A DNA stretch of 64,000 nucleotides from Histomonas meleagridis 2922-C6/04-290x (taxonomy: Eukaryota; Protista; Parabasalia), in NCBI GenBank assembly GCA_020184695.1, contig JAANOX010000047.1:372001-436000 (forward strand), given 5' to 3'. The notes beneath the pieces are model-generated. The model searched no databases. It was given only the letters and a program-made list of their open reading frames with translations, and was not told where the DNA came from. Shown piece after piece: positions 22,889-33,634 of this stretch. Position 1 is the first letter of the stretch; each line of letters opens with the position of its first letter. The position numbers and the translations under genes were made by a program.

Positions 22889-23480
22889 CAGTTTCACAAG
22901 GTTAATTTAATTTTGAATGGATATAAAATTCTACTGTAATGGTTTTTGGACCAACTACCAACAGAAATAATTCTATGAAATTTCTGGCGTGGACCGTTTA
23001 ATAAGTTCAAATAAAAAAAAATTTCGTTGCTTTACAAAATGATCGTATCTATTCTGGGACAAAAATATAATAATATGACTATTAATGCTAGGAAACAAAA
23101 TAATAAAAATTTGTGTTGACGTTAAAATGTTCTTTGAATGTTATTTTTTCAAGTAAAAAAATTCTCTCACTTAAGAATTTAGAAATTACCTTATTAATAC
23201 AGTTAATAAAAACAAATGAATATCAAAATATTTTTTAATAATACAAAACATGCTTAAAATATGCTTTTTTATGAATATTTTTATGAAAATTAAACAATAT
23301 TAATTTTAAGTATTCTAAATTTTTCGAAATAAATACGAACAATATGATCTCCTTGACCTATTGTATATTCCCTATTGTTTCTTGCTGATAAATTCTAATA
23401 CTTTTGAGATTACAATGCAAAAAATAGATATCAGCAATATAAACTATTCAAATGCATTTTGACAAAGTCTGTTGATTAAT

Positions 23481-25757
23481 ATGTCGCAATCAGCTGTTGA
23501 CTTTATCACATCAGTCAGATTTGCCGAAAGCCTCGAAGATGAACGCTTTATTATCAAATGCGAGCTAGCCGATATTAGAACTCTTATTCGAAATTGTGAT
23601 CCAGATCTTAAACCCAGACTTATTGCAAAACTTGTTTTTCTTGATATCATAGGGGAGAATGTTTCTTTTGGTCAAATGGAAGTTGTTAATCTTATGAGTC
23701 ATCCACGCCTTAGTTATAAGCGCATAGGTTATATGGCCGCTTCTGTTCTCCTTAATGAAACATCAGAGACCACAGTTCTTCTTACTCACACTTTACTCAA
23801 GGATTTGCAATCAAATAATCCACAATTTCAAACACTTGCTCTTTCACTTTTAGCAAATATTGGCTCACAAGAAATGTGTCAAACACTTGTTACCGAAGTT
23901 CAAAAGCTTATTGACAACTCGTCAGTCCAAATTATGAAACATGCTGCCATGGCAGCTGTTCGAATTGTTGATAAGCTTCCAGATATAGCAGATTCCTTTA
24001 TTCCATCAGTTTACAAACTCCTTAAAAGCGGTGCACATAGTGTATTTATCTCTGCCACCTGTTTAATCGAAGCTATTATCCGACAACAGCCACAATTAAT
24101 CACCTCATTTCACAAATATCATAAATCATTCATCAAAATATTAGCGCAACTCAACCGAACTCGTTCACGCGAGTTCCAATATTCTATTTTCAACGATCCA
24201 TTTTTACAAATTCGACTTTTAAGAATTTTAACTCTCCTTAAAAAGCCGAGCACAGACTTGGACGATGTTCTAAAGACCATTTTCACGTGTGCTGACACAC
24301 AACGTAACTGTGGGCGCTCAGTAATGTCGGCTGTAGTTGATGCGATAATGTCTACATCGAACACATCATCGCTTCGAGGCTTAGCATTTGCGCAAGTTGG
24401 CCGACTCCTTAAGTCTAAAGAGCCGAACGTTGTGTATTATGCTTTGACCATCTTTTCTAAGACACTTTATAATGAAAACAACGAAATCATTGGAAGGACA
24501 AATGGCGACACAATAGCGTTACAACGTTATCGGTCATTTGTTATTCAATGTCTAAATCATAGAGATCCATCAATACGTCGAAGGTCATTAAATGTCATTT
24601 CTGCGTTAATTGATGAAACGAACATCACCACTTTGATTCCTGAGATCTTAAATTACATCAAACTTTCAGATTCTGAGTTTCGGATTGAACTGATTGCAAA
24701 GATATTTACTGCAATTCAAAGGTTCTCTGATGACATTAAATGGAAGTTTGATATCATATATCGAATCATTGTTGAAAATGATAACTATTTAGGCAACGAC
24801 CTCATTACGTCATTTTGCAACATGGTGTTAAATAACCCCCAAATTCAATTGTATTCAATTGAACAATTCGAAAAGTCGCTCGTAAACTATTCAAACAACC
24901 AAACGATGACTCAAATTGCGTCGTGGTACATTGGGGAATTTTCGAGTAATATTAAGTCATATGAAATATTAAAACAAATTCTATTAATGCCACAAACTAA
25001 TAATCAAACCAAAGGTTATATCCTAATCTCAATTTCGAAGTTGTCAATCAGATTTAAGTTGAAAGAAGACGCAATAAAAGTTTTAGAGAAATTTAAGAAC
25101 AATGAAAACCTTGACTTACAACAACGGTCTGAAGAGTTAATCAAGATATTAAGCAACAATGAAATTAACGAAGAAATTTTATCTCCAATTGAAATGACAA
25201 CTAATATAACAAATAATAATAATAATAACAAACAAATTGAAATAATACAAAATGAAACATCCAACAAAAAAGAAGAAGAAATTGTTGACGATTTATTATC
25301 AATTGTCGATATCCCTAATAACAACAATAGTTTTAATGATAAGAAGAATTATTTAAATGATTTAATAAATGACGTAACGAAACCTTTGAACGAAGTCAAC
25401 ATAAAACCTTTCCCCGGCTCGATAGAAGCCATGAGGAAAAAGGACTTCGTTATGTACTTCGAAATCGCTAAAAACCCACAGAACTTAAACCAAATTGCAA
25501 TCAGAGCATCTTTCTTCAACACCGGAAGCCAAAGGCTGAATAACTTCAACGCGAAATACGGAGTGCCAATCGGATGGAGCTTGAAGGCACAGCAGCAATC
25601 GGGCAGCGTGCTCGATACAAATGGGCAGCCAATCGTACAGCAAATGATGCTCGTCGGAAACGGAAGCGTGAAGCTGGCAATGAGGGCAGTAGTGTCGTAC
25701 GAATATGGGTCGCAGCCGGTGACAGAAAGCGGCGATGTGAACCCGATCTTTGACTAG
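23481..25757 (+). CDS. AP1G1: AP-1 complex gamma adaptin
   Basis: FGQMEVVNL, KRIGYMA, LLTHTLLKDL, DPFLQIRLLR, DPSIRRRSL, DLQQRS, and a C-terminal ear (gamma-adaptin appendage)-like domain. Confidence 0.9.
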   Translation: MSQSAVDFITSVRFAESLEDERFIIKCELADIRTLIRNCDPDLKPRLIAKLVFLDIIGENVSFGQMEVVNLMSHPRLSYKRIGYMAASVLLNETSETTVLLTHTLLKDLQSNNPQFQTLALSLLANIGSQEMCQTLVTEVQKLIDNSSVQIMKHAAMAAVRIVDKLPDIADSFIPSVYKLLKSGAHSVFISATCLIEAIIRQQPQLITSFHKYHKSFIKILAQLNRTRSREFQYSIFNDPFLQIRLLRILTLLKKPSTDLDDVLKTIFTCADTQRNCGRSVMSAVVDAIMSTSNTSSLRGLAFAQVGRLLKSKEPNVVYYALTIFSKTLYNENNEIIGRTNGDTIALQRYRSFVIQCLNHRDPSIRRRSLNVISALIDETNITTLIPEILNYIKLSDSEFRIELIAKIFTAIQRFSDDIKWKFDIIYRIIVENDNYLGNDLITSFCNMVLNNPQIQLYSIEQFEKSLVNYSNNQTMTQIASWYIGEFSSNIKSYEILKQILLMPQTNNQTKGYILISISKLSIRFKLKEDAIKVLEKFKNNENLDLQQRSEELIKILSNNEINEEILSPIEMTTNITNNNNNNKQIEIIQNETSNKKEEEIVDDLLSIVDIPNNNNSFNDKKNYLNDLINDVTKPLNEVNIKPFPGSIEAMRKKDFVMYFEIAKNPQNLNQIAIRASFFNTGSQRLNNFNAKYGVPIGWSLKAQQQSGSVLDTNGQPIVQQMMLVGNGSVKLAMRAVVSYEYGSQPVTESGDVNPIFD

Positions 25758-26269
25758 TTGTGAATAAAAATATCGATTTGTTTCGATGTAAATGTTAAAT
25801 ATCTGTTTTTATGCTTGTTGTAGTTAAATGTTTTCATTGGAAATGTCAATTCATAAGTTATTTAGTGTGAATTCTCGATATGTATAGAGGAACCTTTTTG
25901 GAATTTGGCCCCTTTTGATTTAATTTATATAAGAATTCAGATATTAATAGATATCAAAAATGATTTTAATGCAATTGTGGCAATTTCATTCATTTTGTAT
26001 AAATGGTTTGTAAGATTGAATTTTGAGAATTATTGATTAGGTTCGCTTATGTATTGCGTGGTATACAACCAATAAAAAGATTATAATAAGAATTTTGATC
26101 GAAGTACAACATTTTCAAATGTGTTGTAAAAAATAAGCATTGAAAAAAATTCGATCGTTATATTCTTAATTTGTGGAAATGTGATGTAAGAAGACAAATT
26201 TGACATAGTCAGTTTGATAAGAAAAACGGATTTTGTTCGTTATACCCAGAACCCTTTGCAAGGCTTAAA

Positions 26270-27634
26270 ATGAACAAAATGGGGTCAGATTTCAGAATAG
26301 TAGCAAAGCTTGGAGAAGGGTCTTTCGCCGAAGTGTTCAAGGCTAAATCTACACGTTTTAATCAGTACGTAGCAATAAAAAGATTAAAGAAAAGATACAG
26401 ATCTCTCGAAGAAGTCAATCATTTGCCAGAAATCGTATCCTTACTACAACTACAAGGTCATCCAAATATTGTTAAACTCCTTGATTTAATTTATGACAAT
26501 CAAAATGGATATTTTGCAATGGTTTTTGAACTTTTAGATTGCAATGTATACGAATTTATTACAGAGCACAAAAAGCCATTTACAGAAAATGAATCATTAA
26601 TTTTAATTTATCAATTATTATCAGCAATTGCTTTTATGCATTCCAAGAATATGTTTCACAGAGATGTTAAGCCAGAGAATTGCATGGTTAACAGAGATAC
26701 TTTTTTACTTAAGCTAGTAGATTTTGGTTCAACTAGAGGTGTTACATCATCAACAAGCCCTTACACAGAATATGTTTCTACAAGATGGTACAGAGCTCCA
26801 GAGTGTATTCTCACGTCCGGTTCTTATGGTCCTGAAGTTGATGAATGGGCCGTTGGTTGTATGTTATATGAATTATTAACAACTCGCCCATTATTTCCAG
26901 GTAAGCATGAGATTGATCAGATCGCGCGGATTCATAACCTGCTCGGGACGCCAGCTCGTGACGTTTTAGCACAATTTCGAAAAAATCCAAATACTCAAAT
27001 TCCACTTTCTTTCCAACATAAAGCCCCTCAGGACCTACATACCCTTCTTCCAAAGTGTTCACAAGAAACAATTGAACTACTTAGTCGACTTCTTACATAT
27101 AATCCATCAGAACGAATTACAGCAGCAGATGCGCTTAATCTCCCCGCCTTTGCACAAATACGCGAATATGAAGCTGCTTGGAACCAAAAAGAGAAGACTA
27201 TTCCATTTTCTCTTTATTTCCTCCAAAATGTAAATGCGGTAAATTCACCACCACAACCATATCCGCAAATTACGCAGCCAAAAGAACAGCCTCTCCCTCA
27301 ACCAGAGCAACAAGAACAACAGCCAATACGACAGCAATATGCTCCTGTTATCCAACAGCCACCAATCGCTCAGCCAAAACCAAAGTTGAAGCCAATTGTA
27401 GGAAACATTCCGTCACAGTATTCGAAGCAGCCAATAGATCCGTATATATATCAGGCGAGGCTGAAGGCGGCCCAAAGGGTCAAACAATATCAGCAAAAGA
27501 AAATGGCGCAACAAATGCAGGCGTCGGTATACAAGAAGCCGGTGCATGGCGGCGCTTATCAGTTCTCCAATCAAAAGTACCAAAAACCAAGGATCGATCT
27601 CATTTACCCGAGATTGCCGAAAATTGTTTTGTAA
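26270..27634 (+). CDS. MOK: MOK/RAGE-like CMGC (RCK family) kinase with Q/P-rich tail
   Basis: GEGSFAEV, HPNIVKL, HRDVKPEN, DFGS, PYTEYVSTRWYRAPECILT (TEY activation motif), LFPGKHEIDQI. Confidence 0.88.
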   Translation: MNKMGSDFRIVAKLGEGSFAEVFKAKSTRFNQYVAIKRLKKRYRSLEEVNHLPEIVSLLQLQGHPNIVKLLDLIYDNQNGYFAMVFELLDCNVYEFITEHKKPFTENESLILIYQLLSAIAFMHSKNMFHRDVKPENCMVNRDTFLLKLVDFGSTRGVTSSTSPYTEYVSTRWYRAPECILTSGSYGPEVDEWAVGCMLYELLTTRPLFPGKHEIDQIARIHNLLGTPARDVLAQFRKNPNTQIPLSFQHKAPQDLHTLLPKCSQETIELLSRLLTYNPSERITAADALNLPAFAQIREYEAAWNQKEKTIPFSLYFLQNVNAVNSPPQPYPQITQPKEQPLPQPEQQEQQPIRQQYAPVIQQPPIAQPKPKLKPIVGNIPSQYSKQPIDPYIYQARLKAAQRVKQYQQKKMAQQMQASVYKKPVHGGAYQFSNQKYQKPRIDLIYPRLPKIVL

Positions 27635-27897
27635 CTCTTTGTATCCAACTTCGTACGAATAAAATAAAGTTGTTTTGTGTTAAATTATTTGAAACAAATA
27701 GAAAATAATTCCAAAAAGGTGAACGTTTGAAACCGTACTTTGGTTTGATTGATCACATAGAAAATATTGAATAGAAAATTACAAAATGATTTTATGGAAA
27801 TAATTATATGTTAATATAAGGAAAGTGATAGAATAAAGTAAAAGGTGGTAGGTATGATTATATTTATTGCATTGAAATTGAACATAGAAAAATCATA

Positions 27898-28599
27898 TCA
27901 ATGTCGATGTGAATGACCATGAGAACGGTGGTGTGATTTGTGGTGGGATTTGTGCTTTGACTGTTCCTTTGGTGGTTTGCTTGGTTCAGGATTAGTTGCT
28001 TTAGGTGGAGGTGTTTCAGTTTCACGAGGTTGTTTAGGTGGTTTGCTTGATTTACTGTGATGGTGATGGTGGTGGTGATGACGGTGGTGTTTGTGATGAC
28101 TAGATTTCTTTGATGGTGGAGATGAAGAATCATCGCTTGATTCTTTTGATTTGGATGGAGGAGGTGAATAATAATCGTCACTGTCTGAATCTCTGTTCCT
28201 TCGCTTTCTTGATGGTGGAGGTGAGTAATCTTCATAACCCTGGGCAACTCTATTATCAGGAGATGAAGAATTTTTACTTTCTTTCTCCATTCGGCTTTTC
28301 TGCATTGCTAATTTTTCTTCATGCTTTTTCATCATTTTACGCCTTAGATTAGGCTTACTAAATTCAAGATGAATTATCTTTCCATCAAGCATAGTTTCAT
28401 CAAGTTGACTAATAGCATACTCTGCATCTTGTGGTTTCTCAAATTCAACATAACCAAAGCCAAGAGATTTCCCATCATCATCTTTGATAATCTCAACGTT
28501 ACGCACTTTACCAAATTTCTCACACTTGAAGCGGAGGTCCACGGCTTCTGTCCTGTAGTTTAACGAACCAACAAAAACAGTACGGCTTAAATGGGCCAT
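27898..28599 (-). CDS. RRM RNA-binding protein with K/S/H-rich tail
   Basis: RNP2 VFVGSL, RNP1 LGFGYVEF, poly-His and Ser/Pro tail. Confidence 0.88.
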   Translation of the reverse strand: MAHLSRTVFVGSLNYRTEAVDLRFKCEKFGKVRNVEIIKDDDGKSLGFGYVEFEKPQDAEYAISQLDETMLDGKIIHLEFSKPNLRRKMMKKHEEKLAMQKSRMEKESKNSSSPDNRVAQGYEDYSPPPSRKRRNRDSDSDDYYSPPPSKSKESSDDSSSPPSKKSSHHKHHRHHHHHHHHSKSSKPPKQPRETETPPPKATNPEPSKPPKEQSKHKSHHKSHHRSHGHSHRH

Positions 28600-29033
28600 T
28601 TTAAATTTGCCAATTTGTGAATTTCGTTAGGTTTGTTTGAACTAATTTATCCTTAAAACCAATTTACTCAATAAATATATCTACAAAAATCATTCCATTT
28701 GCATCAAAACGATGAATACAATTTTGTTTTTACATTTACTATGTTTTAAGAATTTGATGAGATGTATTCATTGGAATGTTTCAAGCAACAACTTTTGTCC
28801 AAAATTATGAAATCTTTTAGCTTATTACTGTTCTCATAGTTCTAAAATAAATAATAGGTAGACATAAATTCAATATTTTTTTTCTGAATAATTACATAAT
28901 CAATAAAATTAACTTTGATATCTTAAAAACCTCATCCATGAACACTTAGATATCGCATGCTTAAGTGCACATTAAAGTTTAAACAAAAAGAGGGTTGTAT
29001 ATCAACTGTTTAATAATTAGTTTTTCCATGTTG

Positions 29034-29138
29034 TTACTTTTGTTCATTACGTCTCAAGTAGAAACCAACTCCAGCGAGTGCTCCAACGATAATGATTCCA
29101 ACACCTACAACAATAGCAATAGCGTCTGCAGCATCCAT
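29034..29138 (-). CDS. Putative 34-aa single-pass membrane microprotein
   Basis: ATG-initiated MDAADAIAIVVGVGIIIVGALAGVGFYLRRNEQK*, a GC-richer island within AT-rich intergenic DNA. Confidence 0.6.
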   Translation of the reverse strand: MDAADAIAIVVGVGIIIVGALAGVGFYLRRNEQK

Positions 29139-29338
29139 TGTTCCGAAATAAAAACGGTTTCTATCAAATTTGGGCTGTACCATGTACAACGATGAAATTG
29201 CAAAACCGTGAAGTCCATCGACAGTTTGGGGTGCACCCACTTTCAGGGCATGTACCCTAATAAACCGTTTTTTTATGCGACCAAAATTTCAATGAGATTT
29301 TTCTGAGGAAATGTGGCATATGCCATTGAATTTTTCCA

Positions 29339-30637
29339 ATGGAATCTGGCTGGCTCAAGAAAAGAGGAAGATTTAGGAAATGGAAAAAGCATTGGTTTGT
29401 GCTTCAAGATCAAACCCTTTACTATTATTCAAAACCAGGTTCTAAAGTTAGAGGCCATATCAACCTTAAAAACGCTGAATTTATTTCTAGAGCACCAGAA
29501 TGTCACAAACAACCTGCAATTAAAATAAATATACCTTGCCGTAAGACATTCTTCTTGGTTGCTAGTACACAAAAAGAGGCAGATGATTGGATTTCATCTT
29601 TGGAAGATGCTAGAGGTACTCAGGAAAATTCAACATCAGCTAAACCAGCAATGAAGGACTTCCATGTGATATCTCCACTTGGTCGTTCGACATATGGAAA
29701 AGTTTATCTTGTAAGAAATAAACATGACCACCAATTATACGCAATGAAAACAATGGACAAAGCTACTCTTGAGGAATTTGACCAAGTTGACCAAGTGCTT
29801 GCTGAACGAAATGTACTTCTTAACATTAATCATCCATTTTTAGTTAAAGCTCGATTCACTTTCCAAACAGATACAAAGGTTTCCATGGTTATGGACTATG
29901 TTCCAGGCGGCGAATTATTCAAACAACTTAAAGAAGAAGGAAGATTTAATGAATCAAGAGCAAGATTTTATGCAGCAGAAATTGCCCTTGGTATCGGACA
30001 CCTTCATTCCATTGGTGTTATATATCGAAATCTTATGTCGTCAAACATTCTTGTTGACAAAGATGGTCATATCAAAATCACAGCCATGAGCTTAGTCAAG
30101 CCAAAAACAGATTTAGAAACAACTACAACGTTCTGTGGAACTCCAGAGTATATTCCACCCGAAATGTTGCAAAATGTTCCATATACAAAAAATGTTGATT
30201 GGTGGAGTTTTGGGATTCTATTATTCGAAATGCTTACAGGTAACACTCCTTTCCAAAATGAGAACATACAAAAGACGTACCAAGCTATAGTTCATAACAA
30301 TCCAACATTTCCGGATTATTTATCAACTGAAGCTATGTGCCTTATCACAAAGCTCCTTGAAAAGAACCCTTCTGAGCGATGCGGTGCAAAGGATGACTTT
30401 AAAGAGGTTTTAAGTGATCCTTTCTTTGCTGGAATTAATCAAGATGATTTGCTAAACAAAAGAATACAGCCTGAATGGATACCTGAAATTAAAGAAGAAA
30501 CAGACACGTCACATTTCGATAGTGACCTTTCTGATGATGAAATACTCTCCATAAACAGCGAAAACACGTCCGTTAAAGAAGAAACTCAAAGTGCATTTCA
30601 GAACTTTACTTGCACAACCGAAAATTCGGTGTTCTAA
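29339..30637 (+). CDS. PH-domain Akt/PKB-like AGC kinase with degenerate catalytic motifs (pseudokinase)
   Basis: PH: GWLKKRGRFRKWKKHWFVL...ADDWISSL. AGC: YAMK, TFCGTPEY, VDWWSFG, FQNFT. But YRNLMSSN replaces HRDLKPEN and AMS replaces DFG. Confidence 0.88.
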   Translation: MESGWLKKRGRFRKWKKHWFVLQDQTLYYYSKPGSKVRGHINLKNAEFISRAPECHKQPAIKINIPCRKTFFLVASTQKEADDWISSLEDARGTQENSTSAKPAMKDFHVISPLGRSTYGKVYLVRNKHDHQLYAMKTMDKATLEEFDQVDQVLAERNVLLNINHPFLVKARFTFQTDTKVSMVMDYVPGGELFKQLKEEGRFNESRARFYAAEIALGIGHLHSIGVIYRNLMSSNILVDKDGHIKITAMSLVKPKTDLETTTTFCGTPEYIPPEMLQNVPYTKNVDWWSFGILLFEMLTGNTPFQNENIQKTYQAIVHNNPTFPDYLSTEAMCLITKLLEKNPSERCGAKDDFKEVLSDPFFAGINQDDLLNKRIQPEWIPEIKEETDTSHFDSDLSDDEILSINSENTSVKEETQSAFQNFTCTTENSVF

Positions 30638-30927
30638 AACAAATGTGCAAGAAGAAATTATTTTCTGTTTGAATATTCTGAAAAATAAAACATAATAATA
30701 ATTTTTTTTTGTACTGACTTAAATTTGATATGAAAATGTTTTCAATAAGAAATTTTATAGTTAAATCAATTTCATTATCGACAATCAAAAGTCAAAGCTG
30801 TGAGAGAATCTATGTAACACACTCTTATAAGAGAGTTCCTTTCAAGAAAAAGTTATTTTGTTGAAATTTCTCAAGGAATTTAATTCTTAATTGAAAATTT
30901 TCAGTTTGGGAAAGAATTTTTATTATA

Positions 30928-31851
30928 TTACAGTTGTTCAGATTCATCAAATTCTGGCTCTGGTTGAGGGTTATGCAGCAGTGGCTCTGTATCGGACTGA
31001 GTCTTCTTCTTCATTGATTTTGATGACAAAATGAATACTCCTACCATCATCATAGTACATCCAATGAAGAATAGGAACTTTCCGAGTGCTGTTACTGACA
31101 TCATTTCATCATACAAAATTGATGAATTAATAATTGAGAAAGTTGTCAACGCAACAAAATACAGAGAATTAACGATGTACGCTTTGTGATTTTCCATAGC
31201 AATGTTTAGGCAATGCAATTGAAGCAAAACAGAACCAACAACAAATAAAATAATTACATATGGAACAAAACTGGTAAGCTGATTTTTTGTGGTTACTGAC
31301 ATTTTCACAAACATAGCAATCGCTTTGGTTAGGGTAACAGTATTCCCTGCTGATAGTGATGCTAATGCTATTGTTGGAAGTAAATGTTTTCCGCCAAACA
31401 TTTTCAAAATAATCATTATAAAGAGGATGCTTGAAAAGTAAATGATTTTGCCTTTGCTTTTAAGAAGTTGTTCAAATTCTTCAACAGATAAATCTTTTGA
31501 GTTACTTGGTCCATTAATAACCGTGCTCATAGTGCCAAGAGTAATTAGTATGATTCCTATAATTCCTTTTTGACTGACTTTTTCTCCAAAAAAGAAATTT
31601 CCAAAAATTGCACTGGCAATTATGCTGAATGACCCCAATGGAGCAATCACAGAAACAGGTGAGAATGTGAGTGCAACAAAGTTAAATACTTCGCAAATTC
31701 CAAGGCAAATAATACCCATTATAAATGGGAATCTTTTGATTAATGGCTTATCACTCTTGATTGTATGCGCATACCTTTGAAGGTTCATTCCTAGTGCACT
31801 TGAGCATTGTCCAATAATAGAAAATCCTACACCAATTAAACGTGATGCCAT
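30928..31851 (-). CDS. NIPA-family (DUF803) magnesium transporter-like protein
   Basis: SALGMNLQR, EVFNFVALTFSPVSVIAPLGS, FFGEKV; multiple TM segments. Confidence 0.88.
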   Translation of the reverse strand: MASRLIGVGFSIIGQCSSALGMNLQRYAHTIKSDKPLIKRFPFIMGIICLGICEVFNFVALTFSPVSVIAPLGSFSIIASAIFGNFFFGEKVSQKGIIGIILITLGTMSTVINGPSNSKDLSVEEFEQLLKSKGKIIYFSSILFIMIILKMFGGKHLLPTIALASLSAGNTVTLTKAIAMFVKMSVTTKNQLTSFVPYVIILFVVGSVLLQLHCLNIAMENHKAYIVNSLYFVALTTFSIINSSILYDEMMSVTALGKFLFFIGCTMMMVGVFILSSKSMKKKTQSDTEPLLHNPQPEPEFDESEQL

Positions 31852-32365
31852 TTAGTGCAGGTGTAAATTTCAGTTCTGTGTAAACTAATTAAATCGTTTG
31901 AATTTTTTGTATAAACAATTTGCCACTTTGCAACTTTCAATGAAAAGGGTTGGATGTTATCGTTTAAATAAAAAACACAGCGTTTCAAACATTATTCCAC
32001 ATTTCATAGAGCAATTGTTCTAAAATTTTGAATAAAATAGTTATTATTTCACATAAATCCCATAATCACCCAAATTTAGATCATTATATTCATTTGCATT
32101 TGGAATATTTGTTCAAAAAACAGGTATTAACTTCATCAAGGAAAAAAGATCTTCAAAAAGATAAGTCAATGAACCAATTACTTTTTCCATGAAATCATTT
32201 TAAATTAAGTAACAATCGGCTGTGTTGGAAGACCTTTCCTGATAACATTTGAATTGCACACTTAACAATTTTGAGAACAACAGATAGAATGTTTGAATAG
32301 TTTACACGATCAGTGCATTCAAATCTTGTATTGAAATTAATGTTGAGTGGTCAAGCAGGTTGAGA

Positions 32366-32371
32366 TCACTT
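32366..32371 (+). promoter_or_regulatory. Trichomonad initiator (Inr) element
   Basis: TCACTT ending 5 nt upstream of the aldolase ATG at 32377. Confidence 0.7.
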
Positions 32372-32376
32372 TTCTC

Positions 32377-33363
32377 ATGGCTGTTTCTTACAAAGAACTC
32401 GGTCTTGTTAACTCAAAGGACATCTTCGCTAAAGCTGTTCATGGTGGTTATGCTATCCCAGGATATAACTTTTCACAAATGGAACAATTACAAGCCGTTA
32501 TCACAGCATGCGTTCAAACAGAATCACCAGTTATCCTTCAAATTTCTGCTGGTGCACGTAAGTATGCTAATGCCACAATGCTCCGTTATATGGCCCAAGG
32601 TGCTGTTGAATATGCTCGTGAAATCCATCCAGAACACAAGCTTATCCCAATTGTTCTCCACCTTGATCATGGTGATTCATTCGAACTTTGCAAGAGCTGC
32701 ATTGAAAAGGGCTTCTCATCCGTTATGATTGATGGTTCACATCTTCCATATGATGAAAATGTTGCCCTCACAAAGAAGGTTGTCGAATTTGCACACTCTC
32801 AAAAGGATTATGTCACCGTCGAAGGTGAACTTGGTATCCTTGCTGGTGTTGAAGATGATGTCAAAGCTGAACATCACACATACACACGTCCAGAAGAAGT
32901 CCAAGACTTTGTTTCCAAGACAGGTGTTGATTCACTTGCTATTGCCATTGGTACATCCCATGGTGCATACAAATTCCCACCAGGCACAAAGCCACAAATC
33001 CGTCTCGATATCCTCCACGAAGTCGAGAAGAAGCTTCCAGGATTCCCAATTGTTCTCCACGGCTCATCTTCCATTCCACAAGAATATGTTGAAATGGTTA
33101 ACAAGTACGGTGGTAAAATGCCAGATGCAGTTGGTATCCCAGAAGATCAACTTCGTGAAGCATCACGCTCTGCCGTTTGCAAGATCAACATTGATTCTGA
33201 TGGTCGTATGGTTATGACTGGTACAATCCGTCGCTTATTCGTTGAACATCCAGAATGGTTCGACCCACGTCAATACCTTGGCGAAGCACGTACAAAACTT
33301 ACAGAAATGTACGCACGTAAGAACAGAGAAGTTCTTGGTTCAGCTGGTCACGCTTTCGACTAA
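32377..33363 (+). CDS. fba: Fructose-1,6-bisphosphate aldolase, class II (bacterial type)
   Basis: LHLDHG, SSVMIDGSH, VEGELG, AIGTSHGAYK, VLHGSS, KINIDSD, FDPRQYL; strongly biased codon use typical of a highly expressed gene. Confidence 0.97.
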   Translation: MAVSYKELGLVNSKDIFAKAVHGGYAIPGYNFSQMEQLQAVITACVQTESPVILQISAGARKYANATMLRYMAQGAVEYAREIHPEHKLIPIVLHLDHGDSFELCKSCIEKGFSSVMIDGSHLPYDENVALTKKVVEFAHSQKDYVTVEGELGILAGVEDDVKAEHHTYTRPEEVQDFVSKTGVDSLAIAIGTSHGAYKFPPGTKPQIRLDILHEVEKKLPGFPIVLHGSSSIPQEYVEMVNKYGGKMPDAVGIPEDQLREASRSAVCKINIDSDGRMVMTGTIRRLFVEHPEWFDPRQYLGEARTKLTEMYARKNREVLGSAGHAFD

Positions 33364-33634
33364 ATAAACTAAAGATAAACAATTTTGAAAAAAAATTGTA
33401 ATTATTTGTGCTTTCTTGGTGTCATATTTGTTACAATTAAAATAAATTTCTGATTTGGAAATTGCTAAATTGGAAATGAAAAAATTGGATTTGTATAAAT
33501 GTGTGTGATATAATATAAATGCTTTTTATTCTTTTTATTTGATGATAAGAAAAATATTATGAGTGCAGTCCCTTATTTCGATGTTCATGAAGAAGTTTAC
33601 ATTTTTTTGAATACTTTATAACAACTCGTCTAAA

